Notes: generated by a model from the letters alone, not told the origin. A DNA stretch of 64,000 nucleotides from Mobula hypostoma (GCF_963921235.1 NC_086097.1:55430001-55494000), one strand, 5' to 3'. Shown: positions 13,573-27,114, counted from the stretch's first letter. Numbers and translations are program-made.

Positions 13573-14254
13573 ATTTAAAAAAATTATGGGAGAATTTGGG
13601 TAAAGGCAGATTTCCGTGAGCTTCATCTTCCATTACTTAGGAGGTCCTGTTTGCTAAGCTATTCCCCAAAATATTAATCAAAACTTGTGAAAGAAAAGGG
13701 AAAAGTTGGATCACGTGAAAGTGAAAGGAAAGTGGAAATTAATAGCAATGATGATGAAACCTTAAAATATTGTTTGGGAGCAAAATGCAGCATGTAAACA
13801 ATCATCTGTGTATTGGAAAATGATGTGAGGAGGTTTCTGACAAGTTTTGAAACAAAGAATGATCCATACTGTCTCTACCTTTCCTGCCTTTCTGTGTAAC
13901 TTTGTGCTGTTTTATTCTGATATTTACCGGTTTCGATAACTTGAAAGATAAAATTTGTTTCTTCAGAGATATTGTCTGCCTTGCTAAATATTTCCAGCAT
14001 TTTCTGTTTTATCTTGGTAATTATATCCCAATATGCCAACGCGTGTAACATTGTGTTTATAACATTTTCAGTAGCTTTTACAGAGAATGTAGAGAATAAA
14101 ATGTTAACAGTCATATCATGTAGATTCTGTGTACTGTTTGGCCAAGAAAAGATGTTGGTATCTAGTTTAATAGGAATTATTGATAGTTACTAACTATCAA
14201 TAGGGACTATTGGTAGTTCCTTGAGAACTGCTAGGTGCATTCAGCATGATTTCA

Positions 14255-14760
14255 GATTCAGAATTACTTATCACATGTACATCAAAACATACAGTGAAAT
14301 GTATATGTTAACTACACACCCAAGGTAGTGCTGGGGACATTCTAGCACCAACATAGCATGCCCACAGTGTTCAGCAGAACAACACAAGCAGCTATAACGA
14401 CACCAACAAAGCAAGCCCATTTATCCCACACACCCACGCAGACAGACCTCCAACCACAGGACAGGACATCTCTATGCCTCCAGTTTTTGGCCTGGGACTC
14501 TTAAACTCACAGATGTTGAGCCTCCAACTTTGGACTTTGCTGATCGCTGGGTGCACCCAGCCCTCCAAACCCCTGGTGACCTGGGGGATCATCGATCCTC
14601 ATGACCCTTTTGGGCTTGCTGGCTTCGGTCTTTGACTTTCAGGCTGCTTCTTCTGGACTCTGCCAACATCTGTGTATCGACCCTAGGACTCACCCATCAT
14701 GATGTTCAGGCCTCAACTTCCAGACTCATTTAGACCTCTAGTTCCAGTAGTTTGGCCTAT
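14255..14760 (-). repeat. SINE-like / non-autonomous retroposon
   Basis: Minus-strand tail ...TAATTCTGAATCTGA like the Rex1-type tails in this window; GC-richer non-coding body. Confidence 0.4.
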
Positions 14761-15287
14761 TATCAGTCAACTTAATTGCTTCATGTATGACAGCTACAAA
14801 AAGTTCTTGGATCATTTCCTCTACAAAGGCAGTATTTGTTACAAACAGAAATTGCCCACTCAGCATATCAGGCAGCAGCTTGGAAAATGAAACAGAGTTA
14901 ACTTTTATTGTCAAAATTCCTACATAAGTTTCATTAAAAAGATAAATTCCATATTGCAGTGAGGTCTGCTTCAGATTTAGTCTCATTATGAGCAGTTGCT
15001 GTTTAATAGCTCATAAAGAACACTAGGCTAGTGTTCTAATCTGTTGTCTCAAAGTTTCTGCTGGCATTCTTAATGTCATATTTACTCCAAGGTGAAGTTG
15101 CATTTTGTTGTAGTTTTCCATCACATAGAACTATCGTTAACTGCAATGTTTTCCTTCCAAAAGACTGTTCTTTTGTTACAATACATTTTCCCCTTCACTT
15201 TATGCTGTATTCGCTCTTTCCGGTTGCCACTGACTTGTATCTTTCTTGTCCCATTCCAGTAATGGCCCTGTTCTAATAATAGCAGTA

Positions 15288-16934
15288 CAGGTTTCCCCCG
15301 CTATCCGAAGGTAGAGCGTTCCAATGAAACGGTTCGTAAGCTGGAATGTCATAAAGTGAAGAAGCAATTACCATTTAATTATGTGGGAAAAATTTGTGAG
15401 CGTTCGCAGACCCAAAAAATAACCTACCAAATCATGCCAAATAGCACATTAAACCTAAAATAACAGTTACATATAGTAAAAGCAGGAATGATATAAATGC
15501 ACAGCCTATATAAAGTAGAAATACATTTCTATAATCATTGCTGCACTGTCCACTGTAGCGAAAATCTCATGCAAGCGCTCTCGGCAGAAACACACTTTCC
15601 AGCAACCTTAAAGCTATGAAGCTGCCAAATCATACCAAATAACACATAAAAATACACAGTCTATATAACGTAGAAATAATGTATGTACAGTGTAGTATCA
15701 CTTACTGAAATCGGGAAGGCAGCGCTAAGCACACTGATGATGGTGTGTTAGGCTGAGTCGTCGGAGGTTGGGGTGGTGCAGTGGTCCCCAACTTCCAGGC
15801 CGCGGACCAATACTGATCTGCGAAGCATGCAGGGGTGCAACGGTAGCTGGGAGGCACCCAGCACATCTTTAAGAAAAAAGCCGAAATAAACAAGCCAATT
15901 AATTAGGTGCCACCCGGCACGTAAATGTCGGCCCAGATCAGAGGCGACGCAATCGGCAATTGCCCCTGACCTGGGCCGACATTTATGTGCTGGGTGGCAC
16001 ATAATAAATTAGCTTGTTTATTTTGCCTTTTTTCTTAAAGATGTGCTGCGTGCGTCCCGGCCACCGCTGCACCATTGCGTGCTTCACGGCACTGTATTGG
16101 TCCGCGGGAGGTTGGGGTGGTGGGACACTAGGGTGTCATCTCATTGTCGACTGTTTCCATCAGGGCAGGCAGGTCATCTTCTTCTATGTCTGCCTGCCTC
16201 AATGTCGAAGGTCAAGGTCCGTCGTCTGCTGTGGCTGATGTGGAAGGCTTGAAAAACGACGTATGCTTGACTGCTTAGCCTTGCGCATTTTTCTATCATA
16301 CAGTTCTTTGTAAGCACTCAAACCATCCTGCAAATATGCCCTAAACGTATGTACCCTTTCAAAGTTAAAGTCGTACTTTTCTGCAATCATTGCAGCTAAA
16401 ATCTCACGCAGTTGCTTCACGTTCAGTTCCTGGACGACTTCACTTTCAGTCCGTTCGCTACTGCATTCGGTTTCAATTGTTATCCTTTTCTCTTCCAATT
16501 GCATCAGCTCTTCATCTATCAGTTCTTGGTCATGGGATGCCAAAACCTCTTCAACATCATCTTCGTCAGCTTCCACAAGCCAAACTGACTTCGTCCTTAC
16601 TTCATTCACCACGATCACAATGCTTAATTATGTCTAGTTTTCTGCTAAGTGTAACACCCTTACGAGCTCTTTTGGGCTTTTCCGATACCGGAGAACTCAC
16701 CTTGCTAATGGATGCTCAAAATAAATCAACATAAAGCACAGATGCTCACAGGCACATGTTTAAGCAATGCCAGCTAGAATGCAGTTCTGGGGGAGGAGCT
16801 TTGCTGCTTGGGGCGCGCTGCCTTTTTTCGTAACAGTGAAAACACCTTCTGTTAGCGAAAACAGGTAACTAATGTAGGTCTTTCTTAACAGCAAGGTGTC
16901 GTAAAGCGAACGTTCGAAAAGCGGGGGACACCTG
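15288..16934 (-). mobile_element. Non-autonomous Tigger/pogo-like element, copy 2 (inverted relative to copy 1)
   Basis: TA-flanked, same TIRs as copy 1. ORF 16199-16618 (-) contains EVLASHDQELIDEELMQL; internal hairpin at ~15785-16117. Confidence 0.92.
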
Positions 16935-17079
16935 TAATACTAACAAGGGGAAAGAGATGCCATTTAATACATTAGAGATAGATTCTGATAGTTATTTTAA
17001 AAGGGAATTGGAGACTTGAAAAGAAAACAATTACAGGTCTTGAGAAAAAACAGGCAAGTGAGACAATTGAACTGGTCTT

Positions 17080-17620
17080 TCAAAGTTAAACGTATATATA
17101 TGTCACCATATATAGTCCTGAGATTCATTTCTTGTGGGCAATCCCAGTAAATCCAAGGATCTTAATAGAATCAATGAAAGACAGCACCCAAAAGGGCAGA
17201 CAAACAACAAATGAGCAAAAAACAACAAACTATGCAAATATAAAAGAGCAAAAAATTAATAATAAATATTAAGCAATAGATAGCAAGAACATGAGATGAA
17301 GAGTCCTTGAAAGTGAGTCCATAAGTTTTAGGAAAAGTTCAGTGATGGGCCAAGTGAAGTTGAATGAAGTTATTTCCACTGGCTCAACAGCCATGTTGGT
17401 TAAGGGTAATAACTGTTTCTGAACTTGGTAGTGTGAATCCAAAGGCTCCTGTACCTTCTTCCAGATGGCAGCAGCAAGAAGCGAGCATGACCTGGGTGGT
17501 GTGGGTCCCTGATGATGGATGCTGCTTTCCTGCAACAGCGCTTCATGTAGTTGTGCTCAATGGAAGGGTGGGCTTTACTCGTGATGGACTGGGATGTGTG
17601 TACTACTATTTTAAGGAATT
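17080..17620 (-). mobile_element. Rex1/Babar-like LINE 3' fragment
   Basis: KAASIIRDPHHPGHARFLLLPSGRRYRSL C-terminal motif followed by a 3' tail. Confidence 0.75.
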
Positions 17621-17833
17621 TCCATTCAAGCACCTTGGAGAATTCGTTCATACTTCCATTCAAGCAACAGGCTGCATCACCATCTGGTATTGGGGGTGGG
17701 GAGAGCTACTGCATATTATCAAAGTAAACTGCAGAGAGTTGTACAATCTGCCAGCTCCATCATGGGCCCTAGCTTGATAGTATCCAAGACATCTTCAAGG
17801 AGTAATGCCTCAAAAAGGCAGTGTCCATCATTA

Positions 17834-18745
17834 GTAGGTTCAATAGGTACATTTAATGTCAGAGAAATGTATACCATATATGTCCTGAAATTCTTTTTCT
17901 TCACAAACATCTACGAAAACAGAGGAGTGCCCCAAAGAATGAATGACAGTTAAATGTTAGAACCCCAAAGCCCCCGCCCCAGCTCCCCCCTCAAATGCAC
18001 AAGGCAATGACTGTTCCTCCCCCACCAGCAAAAAAGCATTGGTGTCCTTCACCGAGCACTCAAGCGTGCAGCAAAGCATCAATAAAGACACACACTTGCA
18101 GGACCCCAGAGACTACTCATTCACCTAGTAATTAGACATAGTACAGGCACTCTCTCTCATTAATAAGGGAAAAAGAGATGTCCCTGTTTCGCAGCAAGAG
18201 GGGAGATAAAACAAACAACTGGCTGATCTATGGTGTTAAAAGTCTGTTATGTTGCTTTTTCCGAGCCCTGCACCCAGAGAATCGACCCCGGAAAGACTCA
18301 GGTCTCTGGACACACAGCCAGCAGCTAGCCCGTTGCTCCTGAAGTTCCATGTTCCCTCGTGAGGCCTCAGTCAGTCTCCAGAGCCACGAAAATCTAGCAC
18401 CCTGAAGGTGCGCTGGTCTTCCAGGCCGTGTCCTTGGGGTATCAAAAAGTGGCCGGTCATGAGGCCCTGAGAGCGGGTCCCATTCCTGCAAAGAACTGAA
18501 GTCAGAGAGTAACTCCAGGTCAGGGTCTTGAAAAGAACCTTAAAAAGGAAAAAAAGAGATATCAAAGATAGAAATAGAGCTGCTTCGAAGATGCAAGTGA
18601 AGGAGTTCCCGTTTAGCACCATCCTGATGGTAACAATGAGAAGAGAACATGTCCAGGATGGTGGGGGTCTTAAACATTAGACCCCCAAAGCCCCCTTTCC
18701 ATCCATCTCCCCCCTCCCACGCACAAACAGCAGCAAGGCAACGAC
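17834..18745 (-). repeat. Non-coding retroposon (same family as 57535-57880) inserted in a Rex1-like 3' fragment
   Basis: Reverse complement of the 57535-57880 sequence; TCATTA duplicated at 17828-17833 and 18746-18751. Confidence 0.7.
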
Positions 18746-18831
18746 TCATTAAGGACACCCCACCACCCTGGACATGCCTTCTTTTCATTGTTACCATTAG
18801 GAAGGAGGTACAGAAGCCTGAATGCACACAC

Positions 18832-21013
18832 AAACATCTCTCAGTGGGAGAGTATTTTGGAGATAGTGATCACAATTTTATCTCCTTTACCATAGCATTG
18901 GAGAGGGATAGGAACAGACAAGTTGAGAAAGCGTTTAATTGGAGTAAGGAGAAATACGAAGCTATCAGGCAGGAACTTGGAAGCATAAATTGGGAACAGA
19001 TGTTCTCAGGGAAATGTATGGCAGAAATTTGGCAAACGTTCAGGGGATATTTGCGTGGTGTTCTGCATAGGTACGTTGCAATGAGACAGGGAAAGGATGG
19101 TAGGGTACAGGAACCATGGTTTACAAAGGCTATTGAAAATCTAGTCAAGAAGAAAAGAAGAGCTTACGAAAGGTTCAAAAACTAGGTAACGATAGAGATC
19201 TAGAAGATTATAAGGCCAGCAGGAAGGAATTTAAGAATGAAATTAGGAGAGCCAGAAGGGGCCATGGGAAGACCTTGGTGGGCAAGGTTAAGGAAAACTC
19301 CAAGGCATTCTACAAGTATGTGAAGAGCAAGAGGATAAGATGTGAGAGAATTGGACCAATCAAGTGTGACAGTGGAAAAGTGTGCATGGAACCGGAGGAG
19401 ATAGCAGAGATACATAATGAATGCTTTGCTTCAGTATTCACTACGGAAAAGGATCTTGGCGATTGCAGGGATGGCTTACAGCAGATTGAAAAGCTTGAGC
19501 ATATAGACATTAAGAAAGAGGATCAAGAAAACATCAAGTTGGATAAGTCTCCGGGACTGGATGAGATGTACCCCAGGCTACTGTAGGAGGTGAGGGAGGA
19601 GATTGCTAAGCCTCTGGCAATGACCTTTGCATCATCAATGAGGACGGGAGAAGTTCTGGAGGATTGGAGGGTTGCAGATGTAACCTTATTCAAGAAAGGG
19701 AGTAGAGATAGCCCAGGAAATTATAGTCCAGTGAGTCTTACTTCAATGGTTGGTAAGTTGATGGAAAAGATCCTGAGAGGCAGGATTTATGAACGTTTGG
19801 AGAGGCATAATATGATTAGGAATAATCGGCATGGCTTTGTCAAAGGCAGGTCATGCCTTACGAGCCTGATTGAATTTTTTGAGGATGTGACTAAACACGA
19901 AGTTAGAGCAGTAGATGTAGTGTTCATGGATTTCAGCAAGACATTTGATAAGGTACCCCATGCAAGGCTTATTGTGAAAATGAGGAGGCATGGGATCCAA
20001 GGGGACATTGCTTTGTGGATCCAGAATTGGCTTGCTCACAGAAGGCAAAGAGTGATTGTAGACAGGTCATATTCTGCATGGGGGTCAGTGACCAGTGGTG
20101 TGCCTCAGGGATCTGTTTTGGAACCCCTTCTCTTCATGATTTTTACAAATGACCTGGATGAGGAACTGGAGGGATGGGTTAGTAAATTTGCTGATGACAC
20201 AAAGGTTGGGGTTGTTGTGGGTAGTGTGGAGGGCTGTCGGAGGTTACAGCGCGACATCAATAGGATGCAAAACTGGGCTGAGAAGTGGCAGATGGAGTTC
20301 AACCCAGGTAAGTGTGAGGTGGTTCATTTTGTTAGATCAACTATGCTGGGAGAGTGTAGTATTAATGGTAAGACTCTTGGCAGTGTGGAGGATTAGAGGG
20401 ATCTTGGGGTCCGAGTCATCTGTGGGATTGAGTTTAAGAGCCGAGAGATAATGTTACAGCTATATAGGACCCTGGTCAGACCCCACTTGGAGTACTGTGC
20501 TCAGTTCTGGTCACCTCACTACAGGTAGAAACTATAGAAAGGGTGCAGAGGAGATTTACGAAGATGTTGCCTGGATTGGGGAGCATGCCTTATGAGAATA
20601 GATTGAGTAAACTTGGGCTTTTCTCCTTGGAGCAGGGGAGGATGAGAGGTGACCTGATTGAGGTGTAGAAGATAATGAGAGGCTTTGATCATGTTGATAG
20701 TCAGAGGCTTTCCCAGGGCTAAAATGGCTAACATGAGAGGGCACAGTTTTAAGGTGCTTGGAAGTAGGTACAGAGGAAATGTCAGAGGTAGGTTTTTTTA
20801 TGCAGAGAGTGGTGAGTGCGTTGAATAGCCTGCCAGAAATGGTGGTGGAGTCAGATATGATAGGGTCTTTTAAGAGATTCCTGGATGAGTACATGGGGTT
20901 TAGGAAAATAGAGGGCTATGGGTAACCCTAGGTAATTTCTTAGTAAGTACATGTTCGGTACAGCATTGTGGGCTGAGGGGCCTGTATTGTGCTGTAAGTT
21001 TTCTATGTTTCTA
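18832..21013 (+). mobile_element. CR1 LINE, 5'-truncated ORF2 (end of endonuclease plus RT) and 3' UTR
   Basis: GDSDHN, KSPGLD, DFSKTFDKVPH, SGVPQGSVL, KFADDTK; tail TTCTATGTTTCTA; few stops or frameshifts. Confidence 0.93.
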
Positions 21014-21109
21014 CACCCAACGATTCTAGATTCTCCTCTGCCATCTGATTTCTGAATGGACATTGAACACATGAACACCACCTCACTACTTTTTAAGTTA
21101 AATTATTTA

Positions 21110-21460
21110 TTCTGATTCAAGGGCATTGGTGTTTCCATACCAAGCTGTCATGCAACCAGTCAATATATTCTCCTCCACATATCTATAGAAGTTTGTCAAA
21201 GTATTAAATATCATGCTGAATCTTCACAAACTGATAAGGAAGTAAAGGTGCTGCTGTGCTTTCTTCGTAATTGCACTTAAATGCTGGGCCCAGGATATGT
21301 TTTCTGAAATGATAACACCGAGGAATTTAAAATTACTGACCCTCTCCATATTTGATTCCCCTGATGAGCACTGCGTCATGGACCTCCAGTTTCCTCCTCC
21401 TGAAATCAATGATCAGCCCCTTGGTCCTGCTGACATTGAGAGGTGCTTCTTGTTGTGACA
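21110..21460 (-). mobile_element. Rex1/Babar-like RT fragment
   Basis: MERVSNFKFLGVIISENISW...KKAQQHLYFL. Confidence 0.75.
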
Positions 21461-21478
21461 CCACTTTGGCCAAACTTA

Positions 21479-22173
21479 TGTAGCCCCCCGGCCAGCCTCA
21501 GGGTCGCTCGGCTCGCTGTCGTCAAGGGAAACAGCCCTCGGCCCCGGCAAGCTGGGTACATTAGTTTGTGTGGATGCTATGTGATGTACCGCCCAAATAA
21601 CAGACAATACACCAGATACGATTAAATGATTTACAGTTTATAGATATTACTGGAACTCTATAATTAATAGAGAATAAAATATAAAAGGAAAATCAAAGGT
21701 GCCACATTTATCAAAGTTCAATCTCTTCGTGCACGAACAGTTGGAGCTCAGCTCAGGACCCTTCCTCTTCACCTTGAGACCCCTCGGACCACCTCGACCG
21801 GCCACCTGGGACCAACAACGGTGGTCGACCAGACGCTCCACACAAGTCTGTCTCCATCTCCTCTCCTTGCCGAACGCCCCGCTCGGGGTCCGACCCCGTT
21901 AGTGTACTCACAGCACCTGGTCCATCCTCTGTCCCTCTCTCCCGCCTTCTCCCCAAAACCCCACGCATACAATATCTTACAGATACACCAAAAACGTAAC
22001 AACTATCGCAATTGGTTCATAACATTTTCTTATCAGTAACGTGATTCAACAAACTGCTAGCGGGAGGACTTTCTAAGCATTTAACATAACAAAGAAGCAT
22101 TCCCAAGTATAACATAACAAAGAAGCCATTTTAATTAGCCTACGCAGTCCATAAGAGACGAAACCCCCTTACA
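21479..22173. mobile_element. Solo LTR (695 bp)
   Basis: TGTAG...TTACA termini; 4-bp TSD CTTA (21475-21478 / 22174-22177). Confidence 0.85.
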
Positions 22174-22438
22174 CTTAAATATGACATTGGAGATGTGCTT
22201 AGCCACACAGCTGGCATACAGGATGGATCAATGGCCTGTGGTGTGTCATAATTATGTGGTTCTTGATGAGATAGGGCATTACTGCTGATATGGCATTTTT
22301 TCACCTATTTTTCTCATTGCAATCTTTTACAGTACTGCTTTTGCACATCTTTTTCTGGCATTCTAAATTTGAGTAATAAGGACACTCAGTTGGTTCATAG
22401 GCTGGTAAAGATAGTGGATTTTAATGCTATAAAGTATA

Positions 22439-22592
22439 CAGGTCGACCTTCACTAATCCGACTACCTGTAATCCGGTTCCTTCGATAATCCGGCACTGAT
22501 TATGCTTAATGTGATCCTTCTGTAATTGGGTTTTTTCAGTAATTCGGCACTCCTCAGGTCCCAGTGGTGCCAGATTAGTGAAGTTCGACCTG
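22439..22592. mobile_element. 154-bp pogo/Tigger-type MITE
   Basis: TA-flanked; TIR CAGGTCGACCTTCACTAATC / GATTAGTGAAGTTCGACCTG; internal repeated TAATCCG motifs. Confidence 0.9.
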
Positions 22593-25500
22593 TACTTCCT
22601 ATAAAAAGTACACCTACTTTACAAATAACAAAACTACTGGTGGATCTCATTTTAAATGTTGCCAGCTTGTATATATTTGATTATAAATACTCATTTTTAA
22701 CAAGAGAGCTATTTCCCACATACATACTCAATCCTTTTATAGCATGTATGAAATGTCCCTGCTCAATACCATGTAATGATTTTTTTCACAAAAGGAAAGT
22801 ATGTTGGAGACCATATAACAATTTAGAGTCTTGAAGTTAATGCTTGGGGATTTTTCATAAAGAAAACACATTTGTTGATTTGCAGCAATATTGCTCCTTT
22901 AGTATCAAACGTTGTCACATTTGCCTCAGGAGTTCTTAAACATTGTTATTGGCCAGAGGGGTTCTACAGGGCTCAACACGTGCATATTTACTGATACTGA
23001 TGCTTGACTGTGTGGTTAAAATTGCCTCTCTCAGTGGACCATTTTATAACTTTAATATGAAAATGATCCATCAGATTAAATCGATAATTTCCAAAGAGTG
23101 CAAACTGTTGTGCGAATTCCCACCTCATTATAATTCTCATGTTGCTTGCCGGTGGATAATTTACATGATTAGATTCCCTTGCTGATTTAGGAAAATGATT
23201 TGCTACTCTATTATGCATTCAGTGATTGTAACTTTTGAAATAGAAAGGCTCAAAACAGATGTGTATCTCCCTTACACCACAATTCCCCAGGTAGGAAGGA
23301 AATATGTAGCAACATTGTCTTCGTTTATCCTTATTCTGCTTTTCAAATATATCAAATAAAGTGTCTGCATAGTTTATCATTAATCATACTGTACAACATT
23401 GTTATTGATCCTTTGGGTTGTATTGCCTGATACATACAAAAAGTTTAAGTGTCTCGGCACTGGGTAAATTAAGTCTTTAGTTGAAGTAAGTAGCATTTCT
23501 GCACCTTGGCTCTATATTATTCTTCCCCTTTTTACTGCTTGTCACTCAGACTTCATTAATGTGAGGCTCTGTACTCTTCCTTTAAGGCTTGAGTTCAAAA
23601 TCAACTGCTTGTCAGGCCTTTACCAAGACTGTACATTTTTACATCATTGCGTCAATTTTTTTAAGGTCTTATTAAAGTTTTCCACTGTTCTGTCCTTGTT
23701 GCTTACCTAACACATCCATAATTGAATAATTGACCTGATGGAAAGTGAAAAATAATTCTATGATTGCCTGGAGTTATAATGCAGGTGCTCCAACTAAATG
23801 TGAATTAGTATATAAAAATAGTTTAACACCTGAGCTTGTGTCTTGAAAACTTGGAAGAAAGATCCCATGGTACTTATTTGAGAAACTCACAAAGCTGACA
23901 ACCTGGAAGAAATCCAGGTGGACAAAGTGCTTACAGTTGGTCTTGCTTGAATTGATAAGTTATTAACATTGAGAAATAATTATTTACATTCTGCACTATA
24001 AATGGTGAAGCAAATATTGCAGAAAATGGCCATATAGTTGGTCGAGACATAATTAACTAAGAAAACTAATGGTTTATTAGACAAAATTGTAGAGGGAGAG
24101 AACAGAACAAAGGGAGAAGCAACATATTTTATTTTCAGTGATATGAAAACTGAAAATAAACTATGTTGCTAGTTACGTGATATGATACAATAGCCACCAA
24201 TGACACTGAGGGTTATGAGAGCTATGGGTGTATAGAGATGTGCATTGAAGTGGACGTTTTCAGAATCTTTTCTCACAGAATCATTATGTAGAAAAAGGAA
24301 AGCAATTTACCCTATCAAACACTTAAATAATCTATCAACACCAGTTCTGTTCCTGTGGCCCAGCAGATTATTTCCAGGAAATGTCCATCCAGTTATTTTA
24401 TGACAGCTTTGATTGACTCTATTCTATCAGTGTTAGTTCCAAATCGTTTTTCTTCATTTATTCTAATATAACATTGTAGCTAAAATCCCTCATCCCTATA
24501 ACCATTGCAGTAAATCTCTAATGTACCCTGTCTAAGACTTTCATGTCCTTCTGAACAACTGGTGAGCGTAACTGGATTCAATGTGACCTCTGTACCTTTG
24601 TACTCCACACCTATTATGAGTCCCAGAACTCCTTGTGCTTTAGTAATCGCTTTTTCAACATTTCCTGGTATTTTCAATTATTAATTTTACTTGTACTCCA
24701 AGTTCCAGTATTGCTGCACAGCCTTTAGAACTGTGCTGTTTTACAAATAGTCCCTTCTTATTTTTTGTGGTAAAATGTGGAATTTTATGTATTTAAAAAA
24801 TGTAATTGCTGTCACTAGAGTTATAAATACCTGACTTTTGGACATCCCATACATACGAACAAGCATTTGGGAGACTGGTAGGATAGATGGGGATGGATTT
24901 TCTGTCTTCTCCATAGCTGCAGGCATCTTTGGCTGGGTGGGAATAAGGTATTTCTGTCTGCTTAGAGCTGGGAGCACCGAGCTGACCCATGTTTTCTCAC
25001 TATGTCGGTGAGCCTGTCTGGGGGGCATTCTTCCCATATCCCTCACTCTCTCATCATAGGTTCTGTGATCCTCTTCCACACACTGTTTTTGTTCACTACC
25101 AACTTCATGGTAGTCCATGTTATGAACTATTCACTGGAATGGAACCTGTTGTGACCTGGGAACTTCCTCTATCTACAATGTAGGAAACTTAAGTAATATT
25201 CTTGAGACACAAAGGATGCTTCATTATGTTTGGCATGGACTAGATGGGCCAAAGGGCCTGTTTTTGTGCTATAGTGCTCTATGACTTTAAGTGATCAATG
25301 GTTTCACTTATAAGGAGCTGTTGGGAAAGGTAGGACTGATTTCTGTGGTGCATGGTTCACCTAGGTGATGAGGGCATCTGATAGGTAGAGAAATTAGAGG
25401 AGCAGATGAAGAAAATCATCCCCTCAGATAAGTAGATCAATAACTAGATATCATGCTGAAGATCTTTTTTATTCCCATTTATATTCACCAAGATCCTTTC

Positions 25501-26088
25501 ATCCTTGAAAAATGATAGAATCTGATTTCATAAGTAACTTTACGAAGGAATTACAAAGGCTTACAAATAACCTGAGGATGCTCAACAAAAAGCATAATGA
25601 ATCCAAAGTTTCCCTTTCAAAGAGCTAGCATGGGCAATCAAGTTATTAAATCTATCACTTCCCACAAAACTACACTAGCTTATTAAAATATGCAAAGTTG
25701 TCAAGTGACTTATCTGTGCTTTGAAAAGGAAGAAAATAAATGTACAAGAAATAGTGTTGAAACAAGGTAATAAGGAAAGTATAATGTAATTTCAAGCCTT
25801 TAAGATCTGTATTAGTTAAAATCTCTGTCCTTCTTGATCTGTTGTATTTGAACATTAAACATTTTTAAACATTTTTCATGGGAGTTTTTATGTATTGAAA
25901 GTACATTTTGTTTAACATGCCCTTTTCATTTTGCAATTTAAGCCATTTAAAATTGTTTAGTTTCTGCTCATGATGGGGATTTACAAAAGTAATGTGTATG
26001 ATGGCTTATTACTATTACAGTACCCACACTGCTGCAAGCCGGTGGCAAGTTCAGTGATAATCCTTTTTATGTGTTTACTGTTTTACAG

Positions 26089-26190
26089 GTAATCAATTGT
26101 AAAGGGCAACATAGCATCTCATATACATTATCCAGAAACCAAACCGTGGTGGTAGAATATACCCATGACAAAGATATGGACATGTTTCAG
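26089..26190 (+). CDS. PELI2: Pellino-2 coding exon (102 nt)
   Basis: ttttacag|GTAATC...TTTCAG|gtgaga. Translates VINCKGQHSISYTLSRNQTVVVEYTHDKDMDMFQ; phase 0 on both sides, in frame with neighbours. Confidence 0.96.
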
Positions 26191-27114
26191 GTGAGATTAC
26201 ATATTGTGGTAAGATAATCTACATGATCAGTAGATTCCTAAAAGCAAATTGATGGAAACTTTATGTTGTAACCCAACAGAGGGAAAATTCTCTTCAGTTT
26301 ATTTTGGTGAATTCATCTGCACTTGAGTTGATGTGCAACTTCTATCAAATAGTTAAGTGTTACTATTATCTTTCTTGTATGCAAATTAGTCTTTCACCTC
26401 CCTTGTCAAATAAAATATTAGGAACAGTGATTGTAAATCTGTTAATATGTAACTCTCCCATATCAGCCTAGTTGGCATCATTATAGTATATATACTTAAG
26501 TTTCAGGAAGTTGTCTCCCTAGGTTAAGCTTCTGATCAAAAAGCTGTCCACTAGGTAAACCAGGAAGACCAGGTGGGTAATGCAGGCATATTAGGGGGGA
26601 TGATCATTTAACCTGGATGTATCATAGGGTTATACAGCGTGGAATCAGGACCTTTGCCTCAACACATCCTTGCTGACCAAGTTGTCTACTCGAACTGGTC
26701 CCATTTGCCTGAATTAGGCCCATGTCCCTCTAAATCATTCCTATTCATGCTTTTTAAATATTGTAAATGTACCTGAGTCTAGCACTTCACATGCGCACCA
26801 CTCTCTATGTGAAATTGTTTCTCACCTGTCCCCTTTAAGTTGTTCCTCTCTCATATTATACACCTATACCTTTTAATTTCAGATTCCCCCACCTTGGGAT
26901 AAAGACTGTGTCCATTCACTGTATCTATGCCCCCCCCAAATTATTTTATAAACCTATGTGAAGTTATGTCAACTGTTATATCCATAATTCATGTCCTCCA
27001 GACCAGGTGATATTCTTGTGAATCTTTGATGCACCATTTCCAATATTAAGTGGATGTAATTCATGAATCATATGTTGTCTCATTGGTGCCAGAATGAAAG
27101 ATGTCATTGAATGG

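Noticed and set aside
18649..19185. 178-aa ORF
   Set aside because: Chance fusion of retroposon, Rex1 and CR1 pieces, not a gene.
22700..23450. Repeat-free intronic block that might be a conserved enhancer (also ~4380-4760)
   Set aside because: Conservation cannot be assessed without alignments.
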